Assembly: GCA_046292385.1 (NCBI GenBank)
Contig: JBKBRF010000045.1
Coordinates: 1-57,346, forward strand
Reading direction: 5' to 3'
Source of the DNA: Armatimonadota bacterium
GTDB taxonomy: Bacteria; Armatimonadota; SYMT01
Length of the DNA: 57,346 nucleotides
Under the pieces are notes generated by a model, which saw only the letters and a program-made list of their open reading frames with translations, made no database searches and had not been told where the DNA came from. A program made the translations under genes and the position numbers. The stretch's first letter is position 1; the number at the start of each line of letters is the position of its first letter. Positions 37,610 through 46,295 of this stretch are shown here, piece by piece.

Positions 37610-38162
37610 ACTCGTCCTCGGCCTGCTCCGCCTCCCGGCCCCAGCCGTTGATCCGGTGGATCTGGTCCTGGACCCAGGCGCCGAACCACTCCGGGAATTC
37701 CTGGTAGGCGAGGCGGTTGGTGCGCTCCTGGTGCGGGTTGAACTTCACGACCTTGCCGTTCCGCTTCGTGTAGCTGAAGTCGGCGATCGCGTGCTCGCAC
37801 TCGTACAGGAAGAGGCCTTCGGGATCCAGCTCCAGGGTGGCGTACGACACCTCGGGCTTGCGCTTCCCCTGGTCGTTCCGGATCTCGGTCCGCTGTCGGC
37901 CGAAGCGGGCGCGGCCCAGGCTCACGCGGTAGGCGCAAACCTTCACGGAGACGAACGTATCCGGCCGGGTCGGGTGCGTCACCGGGACGATTTCGCCGAC
38001 GTCGTAGTACTCCGGCTCAGCCGGCCCAGCGGACTCCTGCGGCTTCCGCATGTTCTCCGCCTTCTCGCCTTCCCCGTAGACCGAGAAAGCCTCCGGGCCG
38101 CGCTCTTCGCGCTCCTGGAGCTCCGCGTCCCGCACGCCAAAGGGCTTCAGTCCGTTTTCCAT
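37590..38162 (-). CDS. Tail assembly chaperone (gpG-like)
   Basis: Between tail tube and tape measure genes; ends EDEFRKETA. Confidence 0.7.
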   Translation of the reverse strand: MENGLKPFGVRDAELQEREERGPEAFSVYGEGEKAENMRKPQESAGPAEPEYYDVGEIVPVTHPTRPDTFVSVKVCAYRVSLGRARFGRQRTEIRNDQGKRKPEVSYATLELDPEGLFLYECEHAIADFSYTKRNGKVVKFNPHQERTNRLAYQEFPEWFGAWVQDQIHRINGWGREAEQAEDEFRKETA

Positions 38163-38449
38163 TAGTGGCCCGTCGCTTCCACCCGCACGGTCACGGCGGA
38201 GAGGTCAGTGGTGTTGGCGACCTGCGCATTTCCGGCGCTGGCGATCAGCTTGGAATTCGCGTGGTCGTAGTGCGCCACGTAGCCCGTGGCAGCGCCAGGG
38301 GTCACGTGGTCGAGGGTGTTCATCCCCAGGTCCGCCGCGGTGAGGCTCTCGCCGCCGGTCGGATAGGAGTTGTCGAAGGTGATGTCCGCGATGACGGACT
38401 TCCGGTTGCCGCGGCTGGTCCGCTTCCGGATCGCGATGGTGAGCGCCAT
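38162..38449 (-). CDS. Small virion structural protein
   Basis: ITFDNSYPTGGESLTAADLG; AGGAAG RBS. Confidence 0.6.
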   Translation of the reverse strand: MALTIAIRKRTSRGNRKSVIADITFDNSYPTGGESLTAADLGMNTLDHVTPGAATGYVAHYDHANSKLIASAGNAQVANTTDLSAVTVRVEATGH

Positions 38450-38458
38450 GAGTCTTCC

Positions 38459-39325
38459 TTACGGGGTGTCGGTGAAGGCGACGTCCCAGTCCCTGAACAC
38501 GATCTCCAGCGGCCAGAGCGACTCCGAGCTCTCGGAGAAGGTGTTCTCCCGGCGGGCCGGCTTGCCGTTGCTGAAAGTGAAGGTCAACACGTCGGCCGTG
38601 ACGTCGCCGGTCGCGATGAGCGTCATGCTGGCGATCTCGGTAAGCACGTCGGCGATGACGTTCTGCGACGGCCGCTCGAAGAAGCGCAGCGTGGCCCGCA
38701 CGCTCTGCCGCCCCTCCTTGATCCGGTAGGGTGCCCGGCTCTGGCCCGTGACGGGGAGCACGGTGCCGGTCCCGGAGATCACCGCCCGGCGCTGGAGATT
38801 CTGGTTGATGGTGAATTCCATCCCCGCGATCTCGCCGGAGAGGGAGTGCGCGCACTCAGCCCAGTTGAAGATGTCCTTGTCGGTCGGGATCACCGCGGCG
38901 ATCGCGGCGTTGTCGACCGCGCCGAGCGCGAACCAGTCCATGTTCATCCGCAGGCGGCCGCCAGCGTCGACGGAGCCGCGGAGCTGGTTGATCTTGCAGC
39001 CGGTGTGATTCACGCCCGCGCCGCCGCCGGTGGCGTGGAAGGTGTAACTGCCCAGCTTGCCGGTGGAGGCGTTCCGCTTCGCCAGCAGGAGCGCCGTGGC
39101 GTTGATCGGCAGGATCTCGCAGGAGCCGCCGACCTCCAGGATGCCTTCCTCCAGACTGACCGGCTTCCAGGTGCCGACGGCGCCTTCCTCTTCGAGACCT
39201 GCCGCCGACTGGACGTTGACGTTCTTGACGTAGCCAAACGCGGTGGCCGGTACCACCGGCGTCCCCGGAGTTATCTCCGCGCCGTACAGAAACGACCCTT
39301 CCCAGCCTTCGTAGATCTCACCCAT
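38459..39325 (-). CDS. Tail tube (major tail) protein
   Basis: YGAEITPGTP N-terminus, FTINQNL, beta-rich; position. Confidence 0.8.
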   Translation of the reverse strand: MGEIYEGWEGSFLYGAEITPGTPVVPATAFGYVKNVNVQSAAGLEEEGAVGTWKPVSLEEGILEVGGSCEILPINATALLLAKRNASTGKLGSYTFHATGGGAGVNHTGCKINQLRGSVDAGGRLRMNMDWFALGAVDNAAIAAVIPTDKDIFNWAECAHSLSGEIAGMEFTINQNLQRRAVISGTGTVLPVTGQSRAPYRIKEGRQSVRATLRFFERPSQNVIADVLTEIASMTLIATGDVTADVLTFTFSNGKPARRENTFSESSESLWPLEIVFRDWDVAFTDTP

Positions 39326-39357
39326 CGTTGCGCTCCCGGCCTGAGGCCCTGTGCTGC

Positions 39358-39558
39358 CTACTTAGCCGTCGCGCGCTTCTTCACCGGACACGGCTTCGCC
39401 GGCTGGCTCTTGACCACCCGGAAGGCGCTGTTGGTGAGCGCGATCTCCGCCGTCTCCGGGTCCACGTCCTGGGGCTTGTTCCGCGCCCACTCCCGGCCGG
39501 CACACAACACTCGAGCGTGCTCGCCCCGGTAAACGATCCGCACCTGATTCCGCTCCAT
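39358..39558 (-). CDS. Small hypothetical protein
   Basis: GAGGAAG RBS; ORF track. Confidence 0.55.
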   Translation of the reverse strand: MERNQVRIVYRGEHARVLCAGREWARNKPQDVDPETAEIALTNSAFRVVKSQPAKPCPVKKRATAK

Positions 39559-39573
39559 GGCTCTCTTCCTCGG

Positions 39574-40056
39574 TTACAGCGCGAAGAACGGCCGCTGCCG
39601 CACCCCGCACTCCAGCTTGATCACGGCGATGTTCTGGCCGGACGCCACGTAGACCAGTTCCTCGTCCGGCTCGTAGTCGATCTCCGGCATGCCCGGGCCG
39701 CCGCCCCCGTCGTTGATGAACAGCTTGTAGTTGGTCCCGCTCTTGTGGTCCGCGAGCCAGTCGAACAGCTCGGCGCCGTGGGACAGCTTGAGGAGGTTGA
39801 TGTCGTCCCCGTCGGCGTAGGCGAACAGCAGGTAGAGCGTGAGGGTGTGGACCGCTTCCGTCGCGCCGCCCACGCCCCGCGGGACCGTGCCGGTGCCGCC
39901 GATCAGGACCACCGCCTGGGGCAGCAGGTCGTGCTCCGTGAATCGCCGCGGATCCCGGCCGGTGGGGATGCTGGCCAGCGTGAAGCCGTCGAAGGCCTGG
40001 GCCGCCAGCGCGGTCCGCAGCTCCTCGGAGATCTCTACCGCCTTCAAACGAGCCAT
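39574..40056 (-). CDS. Tail terminator-like protein
   Basis: LPQAVVL motif; position before the tail tube gene. Confidence 0.6.
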   Translation of the reverse strand: MARLKAVEISEELRTALAAQAFDGFTLASIPTGRDPRRFTEHDLLPQAVVLIGGTGTVPRGVGGATEAVHTLTLYLLFAYADGDDINLLKLSHGAELFDWLADHKSGTNYKLFINDGGGGPGMPEIDYEPDEELVYVASGQNIAVIKLECGVRQRPFFAL

Positions 40057-40292
40057 TGGTTCTCTCCCAGGGCGCGCCAGAGCACCCACGGCCAGGTGAC
40101 GATCACCCGGGCCTGCTGCCGCACGTGGGCCGCCAGCATCCCCCTCGGCATGCTGGACGGCAGCGCCGGCGTGATCAGATCGCCCCGCTGCATCGCCAGC
40201 GCGAACTCCCGCAGCTTGAGCGCCGCGGCGACGTAGAGCCCGATCCGCAGGTAGACCTTAACCAGCGTGATGAGGATGAGGATCAGCTCCAT
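40044..40292 (-). CDS. Small membrane protein
   Basis: Hydrophobic N-terminus; GGGAG RBS. Confidence 0.5.
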   Translation of the reverse strand: MELILILITLVKVYLRIGLYVAAALKLREFALAMQRGDLITPALPSSMPRGMLAAHVRQQARVIVTWPWVLWRALGENQWLV

Positions 40293-40566
40293 CTCCCGAC
40301 CTCACTTCTTCGAGACATTCCACCTCCTCCGGCTTCCAGCGGAGCTGGCGCTTCGGGGCGTTCTCCCGCGGAGCGCTCCCCACATGCCAGCGCGAGCAGT
40401 AGCGGCAGCGGTAGGGCACCAGGCGCAGCTCCTCGCCCCGCCGGCTCTGCATCCGACCGCGAGCCGAGCGGCGCTCGATCGAGCGTTCAGCCCGGCTGTA
40501 GCTGTCGAACCCGACCTTCCCGGAGCAGGCCGCTAAACGCGATGCCTTCGGATGCCCTCTCATCAC
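40258..40566 (-). CDS. Small Zn-binding phage protein
   Basis: CSGKVGF...AERS...YRCRYCSRWHVG. Confidence 0.6.
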   Translation of the reverse strand: MMRGHPKASRLAACSGKVGFDSYSRAERSIERRSARGRMQSRRGEELRLVPYRCRYCSRWHVGSAPRENAPKRQLRWKPEEVECLEEVRSGDGADPHPHHAG

Positions 40567-40595
40567 CGTCTCCGATTGAACGCAGAGCCTCTCCC

Positions 40596-41144
40596 CTACC
40601 GGAACCCGTGCTTCTGCGCCAGCCGCAGCAGGTCCGCCTCGATCTGCGCCGCGTACTTCTCCAGCAGCTTTGTGAGGAACGGCTGCGGCTTCGCGCCGGC
40701 GATGCTGCCCCGGAAGAGGTAAGCCGTCACCGCGTGCTTCCCCCGGGACTCGACCGCGTCGACCGCTTCGGCATCCACCGCCTTGAGGTTGCGGAAGTTG
40801 CCGATCGGGATCTTCAGGGCCTTGCCGTTCTTGGGCCGGATCCGCTGCTTCGGCGCCCCGGGCCAGACCGAGTGGATGCCGGTCCCGAACTCCTGGTAGA
40901 ACCCGTGCTTGAGGTTCGTGCCGACCACCCCGAGGATCTGGTTCGCGCGCCGGAACACCTCGCCCACGATGCTCGCGCGGAGCTGGCCCTTATCGACGGG
41001 CGCCAGCTTCTTCGCTTCCGCTGCCAGCCGTCGCACCCACAGGCCGAGGAGCTGCGCCAGGGCCCGCTCGAAGTCCCGCTCCAGCTCATCCGACCGGAGC
41101 AGCTGCCACTCCGGACCCAGGGTCAGGAGCTCGACCTTGATCAC
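40596..41144 (-). CDS. HK97 gp10-family tail completion protein
   Basis: AKKLAPVDKGQLRASI, VGTN, YQEFGT, GAKPQPFL. Confidence 0.88.
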   Translation of the reverse strand: MIKVELLTLGPEWQLLRSDELERDFERALAQLLGLWVRRLAAEAKKLAPVDKGQLRASIVGEVFRRANQILGVVGTNLKHGFYQEFGTGIHSVWPGAPKQRIRPKNGKALKIPIGNFRNLKAVDAEAVDAVESRGKHAVTAYLFRGSIAGAKPQPFLTKLLEKYAAQIEADLLRLAQKHGFR

Positions 41145-41479
41145 CCGCCCGTCCTCCGATTCAGGTGGGCCGTCACGTGATGCTCGCCGTCCTCGTCTAC
41201 CGGCCGCTCGACCCCGCGCACGTCGTACTCCGCGTCCCCCACGATCACCAGGTCCTTCTCTCGCACGTCCACGCCGGCCAGGAAGTAGGCCTTGTGGTCG
41301 CTGTCGGTGACGTAGCCGCCGATGGCCTGCTTGCTGTCCGCCTTCACCGGCTTCACGCGGCACTTCACGCCCGCGGCCACCTCGACGTAGGCGGTGGTCG
41401 GGCGCTTCGCCGCCTGGAGCGTATCGGTGGGCCGCCGGATGGTCGCGGTATGGATGAGCAGGCTCTCGAAGGGATCCAT
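41141..41479 (-). CDS. Head closure (stopper) protein
   Basis: HTATIRR, CRV, DVREKDLV...YDV..V; position. Confidence 0.7.
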   Translation of the reverse strand: MDPFESLLIHTATIRRPTDTLQAAKRPTTAYVEVAAGVKCRVKPVKADSKQAIGGYVTDSDHKAYFLAGVDVREKDLVIVGDAEYDVRGVERPVDEDGEHHVTAHLNRRTGG

Positions 41480-42141
41480 CAGAACATCCGCCGCCCGTGG
41501 CCGTAGTGATTCAGGATCGTGAGGGCGCGCGTGGTCCACTCCTTCACCTGCTGCCGGTATTGGCCTTCTCCATACTGCACTTCGAAATCTTCGATCTTCT
41601 TCCGGAGCAAGCCGCCGGAGACCCCGCCGCCGAGAGTGAGCACCACCAGGCACGCCGTCACCAGGGCCTGGGCGAGCACCACGTCCGCCGGCGGCGCCGC
41701 GTAGCCCCACGTGAGCGTGATCTCCACGTTGCGGAAGTCCCGCGGGAAGGTGCTGCTGCGGCCGCGCATCCCCCGCCGCAGCGCCAGGCGCTCTGAGCCC
41801 GCAGCCTGGAAGCCGACGATGCCGGCGGAGCTGTCGACCTTGAGGTCCGTGAGGTCGAGGGCCGAGCCGTAGACGGAGATCGCCGAGACGCTCACGATCG
41901 GCACGCACAGGGTGCGGTCGTCCTTCCACACGGCGAGGCGGTCCGCCCCGTTGCCGTCGAGCTCGACCACGTCATCCGTATGGAGGTCGAAGTCCCGCTC
42001 CGCCGCCTGGTCCACCATCAGCTTCGAGGCGTCGAGGAGAGCCGTGACGTACGCGGTCTGCGCCGCGCTGTCTCCCAGCGTGGAAAGGTCGAGGCCCTTG
42101 AGTGGGCCGTCCAGCACGTCACTCGCGTCACAGTAGGACAC
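41479..42141 (-). CDS. Head-tail connector (adaptor) protein
   Basis: SYCDASDV...AS.MVD, NVEITLTWGYAAPPADV..A. Confidence 0.8.
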   Translation of the reverse strand: MSYCDASDVLDGPLKGLDLSTLGDSAAQTAYVTALLDASKLMVDQAAERDFDLHTDDVVELDGNGADRLAVWKDDRTLCVPIVSVSAISVYGSALDLTDLKVDSSAGIVGFQAAGSERLALRRGMRGRSSTFPRDFRNVEITLTWGYAAPPADVVLAQALVTACLVVLTLGGGVSGGLLRKKIEDFEVQYGEGQYRQQVKEWTTRALTILNHYGHGRRMF

Positions 42142-42150
42142 GGCTCCCCC

Positions 42151-42168
42151 TTATGCCGCGCGGCATAG
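42151..42168. promoter_or_regulatory. Palindrome copy D, TTATGCCGCGCGGCATAG
   Basis: 17/18 match; intergenic, abutting the RBS of the adaptor gene. Confidence 0.7.
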
Positions 42169-42175
42169 CCTCCGC

Positions 42176-42832
42176 TCAGAGGCGGACGAAGTCACAGCCG
42201 ATCGCCGAGCGCGACGGCCGCGCCGCCACCTCGATCCCGTTCCGGCTGCCCCCGCCGTTCGAGTTGCCCTCGATCGTCGGGAAGCGGTTGGCGCTGGCCG
42301 GACCGGCCACGAAGCCGGTGTGCTGGTGGGTGCGGCCGCCGACGCCGCCGCGGACCAGGAAGATGTCGCCGGGCTGCGGCGTGGAGACGAGCTTGCCGTG
42401 CCGCTCGGCCCAGGCGTAGAGCGCGGAGCAGCTCGCGGTGACCGGCATCGGGGACCTCACGTCCAGCTCATCCGCGGCCTCGCGCACCTTCGCGTGGACG
42501 AATGACATGCACCAGAAGCTCCCCACCGGCACGCCGGCCAGGCGGTTCCAGGCGTCGATCTTCGGCCCCCGGTTGCTGCCCGGCGGCTCCTCGCGCACCC
42601 CGATCTCCTTGCGGGCGAGGCGCAGCGCCTGGTGCCGCACCGACAGCAGCGCCGCCCACGTCACCGGGCCGGCGACGCCGTCGGCGGTGAGCCCGTGCTG
42701 GCGCTGGAATTCGCGGACCACCTGCTCCGTGGTCGGTCCGAAGACGCTGCTCTGCTGGACGCCGAGCCGGGCCTGCAGGATCCGGACCGTCTCGCCCCGG
42801 CTGCCGCGCTGTACGGTCTCAAGCTGCCTCAT
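42176..42832 (-). CDS. Endolysin (peptidoglycan-binding domain plus CHAP)
   Basis: FGPTTEQVVREFQRQHGLTADGVAGPVTW; FWCMSFV, PGDIF, HTGFV, TIEGN. Confidence 0.9.
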   Translation of the reverse strand: MRQLETVQRGSRGETVRILQARLGVQQSSVFGPTTEQVVREFQRQHGLTADGVAGPVTWAALLSVRHQALRLARKEIGVREEPPGSNRGPKIDAWNRLAGVPVGSFWCMSFVHAKVREAADELDVRSPMPVTASCSALYAWAERHGKLVSTPQPGDIFLVRGGVGGRTHQHTGFVAGPASANRFPTIEGNSNGGGSRNGIEVAARPSRSAIGCDFVRL

Positions 42833-43148
42833 CGAGCCCTCCTTCGGGCGTGCCGCCGAGGACGGCGGGAGCGACGTCGCCGGCGTTCGGAACCCGGCCG
42901 GCGAGCGTGAGGATCGTGTCCTTGACGTGGGGCTTGGAGCCGTAGTTGTAGGCGGCGAGCACCAGGAAGAGGACCGAGAGCACGCAGGCGGCCGGCCAGC
43001 CCATCGTCACCAGCACGTGGGGGTGACAGAGCGTCAGCCAGACCACCGCCGCGGTGACCGCCAGCATCGAGCAGCGGCCCAGTGAGAGGCACGGCTGCCG
43101 CGGCTCCATCACCAGGCCGCCGACGAAGATTCCGAGCGCGCGGAACAT
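42819..43148 (-). CDS. Holin-like membrane protein
   Basis: SLGR followed by two TM helices; adjacent to the lysin. Confidence 0.6.
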   Translation of the reverse strand: MFRALGIFVGGLVMEPRQPCLSLGRCSMLAVTAAVVWLTLCHPHVLVTMGWPAACVLSVLFLVLAAYNYGSKPHVKDTILTLAGRVPNAGDVAPAVLGGTPEGGLDEAA

Positions 43149-44038
43149 CAGAACGAGAACCCCGCCATCAGGAGCGGGCTGCGCTCTCGGACGGCGTAGC
43201 CCGCTCCCAGGAAGAGCCGCCCCTTCCCGGGACGGAGATTCACCTGCGGGCCGCCGTCGAGGCCGTCGCCGCTCTTGGTGACGAAGAGCCCGGCGCCGAG
43301 GCGCCCGAGCCCGAAGGCCCGGGGCCCCAGCGACGCGCTCGCCAGGTCGTACGTGAGCGCCGGCTGCAGCTGGCTCGTGAGGGCCAGGCCGAGGGGCGGG
43401 GCCCGCTCCGGCTCGGCCGGACGCTCTTCGGTGCGGCTCTCCACCGTGGTCCGGGTGGAGGTCTCCGCGGTGGCCACCTGCGTGGTCGTCTCCTGCGCTT
43501 GGCTCTCCGAGGAGGCGACGGTCCGCTCGTCCGTGCGGCTCTCGGAGGCGCGGGCGGTCTCGCTGGTGCTCCGATCGACGCTCTCGATCGTGCGGGTCAC
43601 CACCTCCACCGGGGTCGCGGAGATCGAGACGGGGACCGGCGCGGGCGGGCTATCCCGCACGATCACCACCGGTGCCGGCGCGGATGCGGGCGGACCGGTA
43701 GCGATCGGCTGGGACACGGGCGGCGGGGACGGCAGGTAGCGCTCGATCCGCTCCACGGTCCGGGTGGCCACGTCGGCCTTCCGGGTCTCCTGGGCGGTGA
43801 GACGGCTGTCCTGCGTCCGAACCTGCTCCGCGAGCTGCTGGACCGCGGCGACGAGCTGCGTCTCCAGCTCGCTCTTCATCACCGTCTTGCCGACCTCGGC
43901 GACCTGCAGCTCCGCGGTCTTCGCCGGCGCCGGCGGACCCAGCGCGTCTGAGAGGCAGCCCGCGCCCACCAGTCCCACCACCAGCAGGGCCGCGGCGAGT
44001 CCGCCGGCCCAGTAAAGTCTCGTGCTCCTCATCGTCAT
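43148..44038 (-). CDS. Lipoprotein, spanin-like candidate
   Basis: Signal peptide with GAGC lipobox, coiled coil, Pro/Thr linker, beta-rich C-terminus ending in Phe. Confidence 0.55.
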   Translation of the reverse strand: MTMRSTRLYWAGGLAAALLVVGLVGAGCLSDALGPPAPAKTAELQVAEVGKTVMKSELETQLVAAVQQLAEQVRTQDSRLTAQETRKADVATRTVERIERYLPSPPPVSQPIATGPPASAPAPVVIVRDSPPAPVPVSISATPVEVVTRTIESVDRSTSETARASESRTDERTVASSESQAQETTTQVATAETSTRTTVESRTEERPAEPERAPPLGLALTSQLQPALTYDLASASLGPRAFGLGRLGAGLFVTKSGDGLDGGPQVNLRPGKGRLFLGAGYAVRERSPLLMAGFSF

Positions 44039-44328
44039 CTCCCGTCGATCTTCGTTTCCACTCGGCGCATCACCACCTCGAGGGCGGCGAGGCGCTGCAG
44101 TACTTCCGAGCGGTCCCGCTCCACCTGAAGCGACCGCTTCTCCACGTCCCCCACGCGGGTCTCAACCCTGTCAGTCCGCGCCGATAAGGGCGAGACCACC
44201 AGCGTGTTGAAGGCGACCACGGCGGCCACCACCAGGCTCCCGAATGTGAACCCGAGGCCGGTCACCTTCTGCCAGGTGTCGATGGCCACGGCCGGCGCGC
44301 CATCTGTTGCTCGCGTCTCCGCAGCCAT
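44035..44328 (-). CDS. Single-TM plus coiled-coil protein (holin/lysis accessory-like)
   Basis: One TM helix followed by heptad repeats. Confidence 0.55.
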   Translation of the reverse strand: MAAETRATDGAPAVAIDTWQKVTGLGFTFGSLVVAAVVAFNTLVVSPLSARTDRVETRVGDVEKRSLQVERDRSEVLQRLAALEVVMRRVETKIDGR

Positions 44329-44346
44329 CGCGCTACCTGTGCTCCC

Positions 44347-44697
44347 TTACTCCTGCGACTCAGCGCCGCCCGCGCCGACCAGGTTGGCGACCTTCGCTGC
44401 GGTCAGGCCCTGGCCCTCCGGCGAGGGCGTCTCCGGCTGCTGGGGGTTCTCCCCCGTCTGCGGCTCCTGGTCCGTCGCCGGCTGCTTCTCCGGATCGTCC
44501 AGCTTCTTCTTCCGCCCGCGCGGCTTCGGCTCGGAGTCGCTCGAGGGCTCCTCCGGCGAGGAGGTCTCCGAGCTCGTCCCAGCTCCGCTCTGCAGCTGCT
44601 CTTCCAGCTCGGTAAGCTGCTGCGGCGTCATCTTCTTCAGCGGGCCGAGGCCCTGGCGGCCAAGCTGGATCTGGTGCCCCAGGTCGAGGTTCTTCAC
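44347..44697 (-). CDS. Low-complexity hypothetical protein
   Basis: GAGGAAG RBS and GTG start; Pro/Glu-rich. Confidence 0.5.
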   Translation of the reverse strand: MKNLDLGHQIQLGRQGLGPLKKMTPQQLTELEEQLQSGAGTSSETSSPEEPSSDSEPKPRGRKKKLDDPEKQPATDQEPQTGENPQQPETPSPEGQGLTAAKVANLVGAGGAESQE

Positions 44698-44881
44698 GGG
44701 TCTCTTCCTCCGCCGGCAGGTCCGGCAGCTCTTCCACCACGTCGTAGCCCCGGCGGATCAACTCGTCGCGGGTGGTCACATGGCAGCACACCCCCTCTCC
44801 GGCGGTGATCTCGACGCGCTCGCGGTACGTGTGCTCGACCCATCGGCTCCCGCGGTCCGCCCGGAGCAGGACCTGGCGCAT
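44360..44881 (-). CDS. Hypothetical protein (3' part overlaps the next gene)
   Basis: First ~60 codons (MRQVLLRADRG...) have coding-like GC3; remainder looks off-frame. Confidence 0.4.
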   Translation of the reverse strand: MRQVLLRADRGSRWVEHTYRERVEITAGEGVCCHVTTRDELIRRGYDVVEELPDLPAEEETREEPRPGAPDPAWPPGPRPAEEDDAAAAYRAGRAAAERSWDELGDLLAGGALERLRAEAARAEEEAGRSGEAAGDGPGAADGGEPPAAGDALAGGPGPDRSEGRQPGRRGRR

Positions 44882-44895
44882 CCTCCACCGTGGCA

Positions 44896-45192
44896 TCAGC
44901 GGTTCTCCGCGGGCGCGGCGGCCGCCGGCCCCGAGAAGACCGGCCCGAGGTCGAACCGGGTGCCGCTCTTGTCGTGGTCGCCGAAGCGCTTGATCTTGAT
45001 CAGCCCGTCGTCACCCAGCCAGCGGCGGATTCCGTCGCGGCAGGAGCACCGGCGGTATTCGGGGGCGCAGCGCCCGCACTGGGCGTAGGCGCCGCTGTAG
45101 TTGCGGCAGCCGCCACAGCTACCACAGAGGCGGTAGCAGGACTTCGCCTGCATCTGCTGATCACGGCGCTCGACTTCAGCGCGAGAGGCCAT
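44896..45192 (-). CDS. Cys-rich small protein
   Basis: C..LCGSCGGC...CGRC...CSC; GGAG RBS. Confidence 0.55.
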   Translation of the reverse strand: MASRAEVERRDQQMQAKSCYRLCGSCGGCRNYSGAYAQCGRCAPEYRRCSCRDGIRRWLGDDGLIKIKRFGDHDKSGTRFDLGPVFSGPAAAAPAENR

Positions 45193-45297
45193 AGGGGGTC
45201 TCCAGGTGCCCGTGAGGGCCGGGGTGGGTCGTCTTGTCACCCATTAGGGCGGAGACCCGTCGGAGACCGGACACGGACCTGTCGCCCGTACAGCAAG

Positions 45298-45327
45298 AGA
45301 GCCCTCCCGCGGGGGCAGGAGGGCTCT
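45298..45327 (-). terminator. Hairpin downstream of the capsid gene
   Basis: 10-bp stem AGAGCCCTCC/GGAGGGCTCT; weak U tract. Confidence 0.5.
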
Positions 45328-45353
45328 ACGGATGCTCAGCGGGCAGTGCCGGA

Positions 45354-46292
45354 CTACCCGGGCGTGATGCCGTTCAGCTCGCTGATGTACTTCTCGTTCC
45401 GCAGCACCAGGGTGGTGTCGAGGAAGATGTCGAACCGCTCGAACTGCGAGCTGGTCCGCGCCAGCACCATTCGGGTGAGCGGCGTCAAGTCTTCCGCGTA
45501 GCACTTGCCGACGTTGACGAAGCGCATCGTCGAGGCGTTGTTGGCGGTGCCCTTCGCCTCGGTGATGCTCTGCCACTGCGTCCACACGAGCGGGATGCCG
45601 TCGTAGCTCGCCAGCCGGAAGCCGCCGTCCACCTCGACCTTGTCGTTCCAGCGCTGCTGCGCCTGGAGCAGGGCGTTCAGCTCGCGGTGGACGCGCTGCG
45701 CGAGGGTGATGAAGGTCGGCTTGCCGAAGCAGAGGTCGATCGCTTCATCGATCTTGTTCAGCGTCAGCGGGGCGCCGTTGGCACCCATCGCCACCTTCTG
45801 GCCGGCCGGGGTGAGGGTCTTCAGGCCATCGAACGAGTCGGCGTCATCGGCGACCGCCCCGTTGATGACGCAGTTCTCCCACACGTCCCGCACATCCTGA
45901 ACGCCCGACTCGATCTCATCGGCGACCAGGTCGACCTGATCGCGAGTGATGGCGGAGGCGCGCCTGGTGACCTTCCCCGGGTAGAGGATGGTCTTGTACG
46001 GGAAGTTCTTCGGCACTCCGAAGGACGACTCCACCGTCGCCGGATCCTCGGTGTCGGACACGAAGCCGGCGGCGCCTCGGGCGGTCCGCTGCTTGATGTT
46101 CGCGGCGGGTCCGGATCCGGGCCGACGCGGCAGGAGCGCCCACAGCGGGTTGTGCACCCGGATGAGGTCCTCCAGCATCCGGTCGAGCACGTCCAGGACG
46201 ATCTTGTCCTCGACGTCGGTCTGCGACAGCGCGCGCCGGATCGGCACGCCGCTGCGGGTGCCGCTAAACGCTACAAACGAGGCTGCTCCCAT
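45354..46292 (-). CDS. Major capsid protein (HK97 fold)
   Basis: ENCVING...SFDGL, LTLNKIDEAI, SYDGIPLV; follows the protease gene. Confidence 0.85.
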   Translation of the reverse strand: MGAASFVAFSGTRSGVPIRRALSQTDVEDKIVLDVLDRMLEDLIRVHNPLWALLPRRPGSGPAANIKQRTARGAAGFVSDTEDPATVESSFGVPKNFPYKTILYPGKVTRRASAITRDQVDLVADEIESGVQDVRDVWENCVINGAVADDADSFDGLKTLTPAGQKVAMGANGAPLTLNKIDEAIDLCFGKPTFITLAQRVHRELNALLQAQQRWNDKVEVDGGFRLASYDGIPLVWTQWQSITEAKGTANNASTMRFVNVGKCYAEDLTPLTRMVLARTSSQFERFDIFLDTTLVLRNEKYISELNGITPG

Positions 46293-46295
46293 CCC

